Origin: Thraustochytrium aureum
Lineage: Eukaryota
Reading direction: 5' to 3'
Assembly: GCA_012862495.1 (NCBI GenBank)
Contig: BLSG01000062.1
Location: 7,875 to 41,435, forward strand
Length of the DNA: 33,561 nt
Positions 1 through 8,315 of this stretch are shown in pieces. How positions within the stretch are numbered: the stretch's first letter is position 1; each line of letters opens with the position of its first letter. A model generated the notes under the pieces. That model was not told the DNA's origin. It searched no databases and saw nothing but the letters and a program-made list of their open reading frames with translations. The translations under genes and the position numbers were made by a program.

Positions 1-38
1 GACAGTCACCAAGCACTGCCATCCATGTCACGACCTAC

Positions 39-596
39 AATAGCTCATTCAGCGTCGAGTTGATCTCGAGCGCATTGGCCAACGCGCCAGCCCCTGCATC
101 GCCGATGCCGTTGCCCCCAAGACTGTTGTTGTCGTCGTTGTTGTCGGTCGATGTTGGCGACAGTCGCACGAGTGGGTCAGCCACCGCCGAGAAACACAGC
201 GCGGTGCGGCCGCGCCACCAGCCCCTCAACAGCCACGAGCGCACTCGACAGCTACCAGCGCACTCGACAGCCACCAGCGCACTGCCATCCCTGCCACGAC
301 TTACATCAACGACTCAGCGTCGAGTTGGTCTCAGCGCCTTGGCCAGCGCGCCAGCCCCGTCAGCGCCGATGCTGTTGAGCCCAATACTGTCGTCGTCGTC
401 GTTTGATGACGGCGATGGTCGCGCGAGTTGGTCAGCCACCGCCGAGAAAAACAGCGCGACGCGGCCGCGCAAGCAGGCTCTGTCTTTTTGCATGCAGGCA
501 CGAGGCAGGCACGAGCGCACTCGACACACAGCCATAAACTCACTCGATCTCCGTCTCCCCGCGGCTCATCGCCTCCACTGCCCCCTCGGCGGCCAT
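39..596 (-). CDS. Second paralogous multi-exon LRR gene (5' part only; runs off the window start)
   Basis: Leader exon 544-596 (MAAEGAVEAMSRGETEI, donor GTGAGT) is homologous to exon 1 of the neighbouring gene. LRR exon 305-386 is only 82 nt and frameshifted. LRR exon 39-122 is an intact 84 nt (LGGNGIGDAGAGALANALEINSTLNEL). The same intron motifs are present. Confidence 0.8.
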
Positions 597-2091
597 CTCG
601 CCTGGGCCTTCAAATAGCTCGCACACACCTCCTGCGCAGGATCCGCGACCCTGGGCCTCGCCTGAAGCGCGCGCAACTCGTGCCTTGCCGGGTCCGCCTC
701 CCCTCGCCGCCCACGCACGCGACGCAGCGCCCTGTGCCGTGCCGCGCCTGCTCAGCCCCGTCAGCCAGCCTGTGCTCTGTCCGCGTTGCGTGACTGCTCT
801 GTTTTGTTGCGGGCCGCGCCGCCGTCGAAAGACCAAGGGTGGCGAGTGCCCGCGAAAGTGCGGTCGGCCGACACGGCCAGGGCCTGGTCGCTGGGCAGCG
901 CCTCCAGCTGCGGGCCCTGCCTGGTTCGCCCAACCAACCTGGACCCTTTTGAAGGTCGGGACTCGGGACCGACTTGTCCGCGCGGTGGTTTACGTCGCTC
1001 TCAGTCCTGTGCAGGCCGTACGCCCAGCGCTAGCTAGACAGGCAGGCACTCGCGAGCAGTCAGGTCAGGGCTATGGGTGCTCGGCCAAGTTTGTGGCGTA
1101 ATTCCCGCGGAAAGGGGATCACAGACGAGTGCGAACCGAAGAAAGCGCCGTAGGCCTTCCGGCGGCCCTGCGACGGCGACTCTGGGTACGTCAAGGACGC
1201 CGAGTGCAGCGTTTTTCACATGCATGGCCCAAAGGACTCGACAAATTTGGACGGCTCAGCCATGGCTCTTCTGCTGGCGGCGCGAGAGAAACGAAAGAGA
1301 CAATGAACTTGTCAGACGAAAAACCCAACAACACCTACAGACGGTGGTCGACAATGGGCACAACCGAGATCGAGACCGAGCCGCGCACAGAGCAGGACGA
1401 GGCCGGCCGGCCGCCGCGCCAATCAAAAGTCCAGGTACTCGGCGCTGATTTTCGGACTCGCAGTCGCCTGTCTCGTCATCTGGGTTTCTACAACACAAGC
1501 ATACGGGGGCAATGGCCCCTCGGCGGCGAGAGTGCCCCCAACCACGCCGGTGTCGTGCCCGAGAAGGCGCGCTGAAACCAGCAGATGGCGGCTAGACCGT
1601 CACTTTTCTTTATGCGTCGGACACCTGGGCCAGGTACAGAAAAGCGTAGGAACCTCCTTAGGCCGCCAGTGACGGGACATCACTGCGCGCGACGAAGGCC
1701 GCGTTCTCCATGTGGTTGGGTGTTGTTACTCTGCGCGCCCTCAAAAGAAAGGGAAAGAAACAGCGCTGCCAAACCTTTAAAGCTCAGGCAGCACCTACAA
1801 GGACGCCTTGCCACGCCCGGAGCGATGCTCAAACGTCTGGAACTCGCTCTGCGAGCAGGTCGAGGTCCCCGACGTCGCGCCACGGTCGTGCCTGTTATCG
1901 GCAGCCGCCGCCTCTGGTTCCGTGGTCTTCGAGGCGCACGACGACCTGCAGCGACTGCGGCATCGACCTCAAGAAGGAGGACCGTGCGGCCTGCAAGCGG
2001 AGGAGAGCGAGGCGAAGCGCCGCAGGGCCGAGGCTGTGTCTTTGGATTTCGAGCTGCTGCAAGAGCTAGTCGTCGCCTAACTTTCAGACCT

Positions 2092-5000
2092 TTACCATTG
2101 AATCTCAACGGTTCTGCCCAGGAACGCCTCAATCCGGGCGACTATCACTAACGGCAGTCCACTTCCCTGACCAAACATATGCATCGTACGTCGTCTCCTT
2201 TGAACCTGGGACGCCACCACCGCGGCCAGCTCGCCAGGCCCAGTATTGCCGATGTTGTTGTTCCGAAGACTGCCGTTGTTGTGCGCGATTGGTCAGCCAC
2301 CACCGAGAAATACAGAGCGCTGCGGCCAAGCAAACTGTTTGCGTACGCATGGCCCGAGCGCACTCGGCAGCCACGAGCGCACTGCCATCCCAGTCACAAC
2401 TTACTCCAGCGAAGTCAGCGTCAAGTTGGTCTCGAGCGCCTTGGCTAGCGCGCCGGCTCCGGTAGCGCCGATCCTATTCTTCTCCAGACTGTCGTTGTGG
2501 TTCGATGACGACAACAGTCGAGCTAGTTGGTCAGCCACCACGGAGAATCGCACAGTGGCGAAAGCTGGCTCTGCTGTTGTATGCACGCTGGCAGGCTCGA
2601 GCGCACGCGACAGCCACCAGCACACTGCCATCCCTGCCACGACTTACCCAAGCACGGCCAGCGTCGAGTTTATCTCGAGCGCCTTGGCCAGCGAGGCGCC
2701 TGCGAGATTGACCGGGTTGAGGTCGAGAGATCGACTGAAAAGAATTGCGGTAATCCGCTGCGAAAAAAAATTCATCCCGCCCACCACCCCAACGGTGGCA
2801 CCAGCCCCAGCATCGCCGATTTCGTTCTCTCCAAGACTGTCGTTGATGTCGTTCGATGATGACGATGCTCGCACCGCGAGTTGGTCAGCCGCCAGCGAGA
2901 ACACATGGTGGCGCAAGCAGGCTCTGTTTTAATGCACCGAGGCAACAGACAGGCACGAGCGCACTCAAGAGCCACCAGCGTACTGCCATTCCTGCCACGA
3001 CTTACCCGAGCGATGTCAGCGTCGAGTTGGCCTCGAGCGCCTTGGCCAAAGCGCCAGCCCCTGCATCGCCGATGCCGTTGCTCTGAAGACTGTTGTTGTT
3101 GTTGTTGTTGTGGTTCGATGGTGACGATGGTCGCGCGAGTAGGTCAGCCTCCACCGAGAAACACAGGGCGGTGCGCTGCGTGGGCGGGCCCTGTCTGTAC
3201 TTGCATACAGCCACAAGGCAGACAAGATCGCACTCGACATCGACTAGCGCCCTGCCACCCCTGCAACGACTTACTCCAGCTTAGCCAGCGTCGAGTTGGA
3301 CTCGAGCGCCTTGGCCAGCGCGCCAGCACCTGCAGCGTTGATGACATTCCAGCCAAGACTGTAATTGTTGTTGTCGTGTTCGATGATGACATGGTCGCGC
3401 GAGTCGGTCAGCCACCACCGAGAAAAACACAGCGCGTGTGGCCGCGCAAGCAGGCTCCGCAAGAATGCAAGGCAGGCACGAGCGCACTGAACTGCCATCT
3501 GCGCACAGCCATCCCTGCCACGCTTACAAGAGCTCCGTCAGCGTCGAGTTGGTCTCGAGTGCCTTGGCCAAAGCACCAGCCCCTCCAGCCCCAATGCAGC
3601 TCCAGGAAAGGCTGTTGTTGTCGTTGTGTTCGATGATGGCGTGGTCGCACCGCGAGTTGGTCAGCCGCCACCGAGAATCACATAGTGGCGCACGCAGGCT
3701 CTGTTTTATGCACGCAGGCAAGAGCGAAGCGCTCGCGCGCTCGACCGCCACCAGCGTGCTGCCATCCCTGCCACGACTCACTCCAGTGAAGCCAGCATCG
3801 AGTTGGTCTCGAGCGCCTTGGCTAGCGCGCCTGCGCCTGCATTGCTGATTCCGTTGCGGAAAATACTGTTAACGTTGTCGTTCGATGATGAAGATGGTCG
3901 CTCGAGTTAGTGCGGCCGCGCAAGCCGGCTCTGCCTCTGTGCATACAGGCACGAAGCAGGCACGTGCGCACTCGACTGCCAGCCACCCCTGCAACGACTT
4001 ACTCCAGCTTAGTCAGCGCCGAGTTGGTCTCGAGCGCCTTTGCCAGCGCGGCAGCCCCTGCAGCGCCGATGCTATTCCCCCGAAGACTATTATTGGTGTC
4101 GCTCGATGATGATGATGATGATGATGTTCGCACCGCGAGTTGGTCAGCCGCCACCGTGAACACATAGTGGCGCAAGCAGGCTCTGTCTGAACGCATGCAG
4201 GCACGAGCCAGGCACGAGCGCACTCGACAGCCACAAGCGCACTCGACAGCCACGAGCGCACTCGACAGCCACGAGCGCACTGCAATCCCTGCAACGACTT
4301 ACTTAAGCGAAGCCAGCGTCGAGTTGGTCTCGAGCGCCTTGGCCAGCGCGCCAGCCCCGTCAGCACCAAATATGTTCCTCCTAAGACTGTTGTTGATGAT
4401 GCCGTTCGATGATGACGATGGTCGCGCGAGTTGGTCAGCCAATACCGGAACAAAGAGAGCGGTGCGGTCGCGCAAGCAGGCTCTGTCTGAACGCATGCAA
4501 GCACGGTGCACGTACGAGCGCGCTCGACAGCCACCAGCGCACTGCCATCCCTGCCACGACTTACGAGAGCTCAGTCAGCGTTGAGTTGGTCTCGAGTGCC
4601 TTGGCCAAAGCGCCAGCTCCTGCAGCGTCGATCCTGTTGCCTTCAAGACTGGTTTTGTTGTCGTTCAATGATGACGATGGCCGCGCGAGGTGGTCAGCCA
4701 CTACCGAGAAATAAAGAGCGGTGCGGCCGCGCAAGTAGGCCCTGTCTGTGTGCATGAGGCACGAGCGCACTCGACACCCAGCAGCGCACTCGACATCCAC
4801 GAGCGCACTTCCATCCCTGCCACGACTTACTTCATACAGGTCAGCGTCGAGTTGGTCTCGAGCGCGTTGGCCAGCGCGCCAACCCCTGCATCACCGATGC
4901 CGTTACTCTCAAGACTGTTTTGTTTTGTTTTTTGGTTCTCGCGAGTTGGTCAGCCAGTCCCGCGCGAAACACAGAGCGGTGCGGCCGCGCAAGCAGGCTC

Positions 5001-5397
5001 TGTATATACGCGTGCAAGCACGATGCACGTTCGAGCGCACTCGACAGCAACCTGCGCACTGTCACCCCTGCAGCGACTTACTCCAGCAAAGTCAGCGTCG
5101 AGTTGGTTTCGAGCGCCTTGGCCAGCGTGCCAGCCCCTGCATCGCCGATATAGCTGTCCAGAAGACTGTCGTTGTTTTCGTCGTTCGATGAAGACGACGG
5201 TCGCGCGAGTTGGTCAGCCAGCACCGAGAAACAGAGAGCGGCCGCGCAAGCTGGCTCTGCATGTAGGCACGAGGCAGGCGNNNNNNNNNNNNNNNNNNNN
5301 CGAGCGCACTCGACAGCTAGCCATAAACTCACTCGATCGCCGTCTCCCCGCGCTCCGTCGCGGCCGCTGCCTCCTCGGCGTTTTCGCAGTAGACCAT
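2092..5397 (-). CDS. Multi-exon RNI/NLRC3-like LRR protein (~423 aa, 13 exons, one LRR per exon)
   Basis: Spliced by hand. Exon 1 is 5333-5397 (MVYCENAEEAAAATERGETAI, donor GTGAGT). 84-nt exons lie at 5082-5165, 4831-4914, 4565-4648, 4303-4386, 4003-4086, 3782-3865, 3528-3611, 3275-3358, 3006-3089 and 2405-2488. A 189-nt exon at 2648-2836 is 84 nt plus an in-frame 105-nt insert. The terminal exon 2092-2269 ends in TAA. All introns are GT(A/G)AG...YAG and phase 2, with no stop at any junction. Repeat consensus LxxNxIGxAGAGALAKALETNSTLxxL. A 20-N gap in intron 1 could hide further units. Confidence 0.9.
2693..2797. other. 105-bp in-frame insertion of unrelated sequence inside an LRR exon
   Basis: Interrupts GAGA|LAKALE and adds TVGVVGGMNFFSQRITAILFSRSLDLNPVNLAGAS. 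It contains an A8 run, and I see no similarity to the cassette. Confidence 0.85.
4213..4280. repeat. 19-bp intronic minisatellite (GAGCGCACTCGACAGCCAC), ~3.5 copies
   Basis: Direct tandem copies. The other LRR introns carry fewer, often degenerate, copies. Confidence 0.85.
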
Positions 5398-8315
5398 CTT
5401 GCCTGTCTGCCAGCCCGCCAATAGAGCTCGCAAAGCACCTGTAGAGCTCGCCTCAAGCGCGGGCCACTGGTGTCGCCCTTTGACGCCTCCCTTTGACGCC
5501 GCTGGCGCACGCTCGTACGGAGTACTCTGTGCCCGGTGCCGCGTCGGCCTTTGCTCGCTCCGCGGTAACCGTCACCTCCATCATGTGCCTTGCAAGAAAG
5601 CGGAGTTCGCTCCTACTCGAGCAACAGCGAGTGGCCGAATGCGGTCGTCCTTAGTTCCCTCTTGCAGCCGGCCCGCGGACGCTTGTCGGCTCGCTGCACT
5701 GGCAGAGCCAGTGCTCTTACCGTACAGGCTCTTGCTTGTCCGAGTTGGACACGGCGCTGCGATCGGTGAGGATCGCGAGGTTGGACGAGGAAAAACCAAC
5801 CTCGTGTCGAGCAAGCCCTCTTGGCATCTTGACGAGGGCCGTCGCGAAGCACACGTACTCTAGCTAGTACTACTTTAGAAAGTTTAGATTGATAGAGCAC
5901 TTCGAAGGCACGCTGTGGCAAGCGATGTCTGCCTACCGCGCTCCCTCCCGATCGAGTTGTCGAAGAGGACGACCATTTCAAGCCGATGCGCCGGGGGCGA
6001 TGCGCGTGCGTGAGGTTACCTACGCACGAGACGCAGATGGAGGTTTCCGCTGAGATCGGCTTTGTTGCCCAGCTGAAGTGTCTGTGATGCGCCGCGGTGC
6101 TCAAGATCGATGGGCTCAAGAGGGACGGCGGCGGCTCGGCGAACGACGTATACGACTTCGCCTCCCGACAGGCGCACGACCACACGGCTCTGTTCAGGAG
6201 CGACGACTGTTTCGGAGAAGATAGCGGGTGCGATACGAGCGCACGTTATCTCAGTGTTACTGGAAGCGGGCCAGTGCGACAAGGAAAGGCGCAAACACAT
6301 CTCGGTGGCACGCCAGCGATACATCAAGTATAAGTTACAATGCTAGAGCGGCCTCGACCTTGATCGGCTTGAGCTACGGTCTGTGTCGATCCACAACGGC
6401 CTGTTTACAACAGGTGGGCAGACGGCGTCATGGTCCGCTGCGACGACTCGAGCAAGTGCACGCCGAAGGGAGCTGCAGCGCCGCCGAGAGGAGAGAGCGA
6501 CAAAATACTGCAGTGTGCTCGAGTGCGCGTTTCATGCCGGATGGTGCAAAAATTAAAGGCCCCTTCTTCTTCAACTCCCTTCGTCCCTTGGTTGTCTCGC
6601 TGTTCCCCCGGCTCGCGCCCTCGCTCCAACCCGACATGGAGCTCACCGTCACCAGGTTCTGGGTCGCAGGACGTCAAGGAGCGCGCCGCAGGTATGACCA
6701 GGCGTCCAAAAGATCCTCTCTGAGCTCCAACTCGATCCTCGACGACGACGCGATCCGCAGGTCGAGCCCAATGGCGCCAGCCGCGTTGCCCTCCAGCGGG
6801 CCCAACGCGGAGCGAATCTATGCCCAAGGAGGGCTCGAGGGCAACAGGAATCACTCGAGCACCTCAAAACTCCTCAACCTGAACCAGGCACAGCGGCGAG
6901 GCGGCGACTCGTCGCTCAAGGAGTCCGCTGCGCCGCCGTCGCCTCCCCGGCTCTCGAGCCCCGCCGGCACGGCGAGCAGGACATTCTGGCAATCGAGCGC
7001 ACCACACTTGCCGCCGTTGTTCGGCACACCCAGCGACAAAGCCAGCGAAGCAGCAGGCTGGCAGACGGTCTTCAAGTTGTCTTTCCAGCAACGAACGAAA
7101 GACTGGCTGCCCACAGCGATCACCGAACATCGACTTGTCGCATCGTCAAGATCTGCGCAGACTTGTTTGTCCAGCAGCGAATGGAGATGTTCGCTGGGCT
7201 TGGTCGGGACTTGGGCTTGCTGTGCGGTCCTGCTGGAAAGGCTCCAGCCTGAGGCTGGCTGGCTGGCTGGCCCGCCTCGAGCTCCTCAGGCTCCCACGTA
7301 AAATGCTCGGCCTACGGGCGCGGAGGAGTCCAAAGGGGTCATGGGGATGCAAGCAGCGGCGAAGGCCTCCTTGCTCCCTCCTCGTCCCGCCCGCGCGCCA
7401 GGAACATTGTTCTGGTCTCGCCTGTTCGTTGTCGCCGGGCTGACGAAATGGATGGAACTACCTGCAACAGCATGGGCCTGCTGCAGCCGCGGCCGGCTCG
7501 CGCGCGCGTGGTGATGGAGAAACGAGTTGCGCCGTGTAAGTGGAGAGCGCGACAATNNNNNNNNNNNNNNNNNNNNNNNNNNNNNNNNNNNNNNNNNNNN
7601 NNNNNNNNNNNNNNNNNNNNNNNNNNNNNNNNNNNNNNNNNNNNNNNNNNNNNNNNNNNNNNNNNNNNNNNNNNNNNNNNNNNNNNNNNNNNNNNNNNNN
7701 NNNNNNNNNNNNNNNNNNNNNNNNNNNNNNNNNNNNNNNNNNNNNNNNNNNNNNNNNNNNNNNNNNNNNNNNNNNNNNNNNNNNNNNNNNAAGGAGGAGC
7801 GCAGCCCATCTCATGAAGGCTCTCTCTCTCTCTCCTTCGGCGCAGGAGCCGCGGCAGCGCTTGCCGTGTGGCTCCGCGGCGCGGGCGACGCGAGGTGACG
7901 ATCGTCCCGCTAACGAACACCGTGCTGCCACGGCGGGCCGCAGGGGGCCAAGACGTGGCGAGCTGAGCTGAGCGGGCGTTGAGCGTCCGTTTCTTTTTCC
8001 CGCGTGCATTTTGGTTGAGTAGAGAAGTATACGCCGCCATGGATCAGTGACCACCAATGTGTCCAGGATGGATCTCCCTTGAGAGATGGCACTTTCGCCC
8101 TTGCTCGGTGCCGCGGCTTTCTGTGAGTTTACAACCAATAAACACACAATCCGAAGGCTGCCCTCCGGCGTCTCGGCCTTCCGCCACCTTTCGGCACCGT
8201 AGCACGAGCTGCGTCGAGTCGAGCGCGACTGCGACCGCTTGGCAGACCCGGAACGACCAAGACATCGAACAGCACCTACAAAACAAGTAATTGATCGCAA
8301 CCAGCATCAGTCGAG

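Larger units (their letters stand above)
2270..5332 (-). repeat. Tandem array of ~220-300 bp exon+intron cassettes
   Basis: Introns of 135-216 nt share + strand blocks gcgagttggtcagcc, gcgcaagcaggctctg, gagcgcactcgacagccac and ctgccatccctgccacgacttac. The same units occur at 1-543. Confidence 0.95.

Noticed and set aside
1..5332. The array as a CRISPR or non-coding satellite
   Set aside because: Units are 220-300 bp with coding exons and spliceosomal signals. There is no short repeat with unique spacers and no cas genes.
60..5424. Plus-strand ORFs such as SSALASAPAPASPM, and short minus-strand ORFs reading through introns
   Set aside because: They are antisense shadows or unspliced read-through of the LRR exons.
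1..8300. A dedicated recombinase, reverse transcriptase or transposase acting on the array (DGR-like)
   Set aside because: No such ORF or catalytic motif recognised in the window, and the variation is not adenine-specific.
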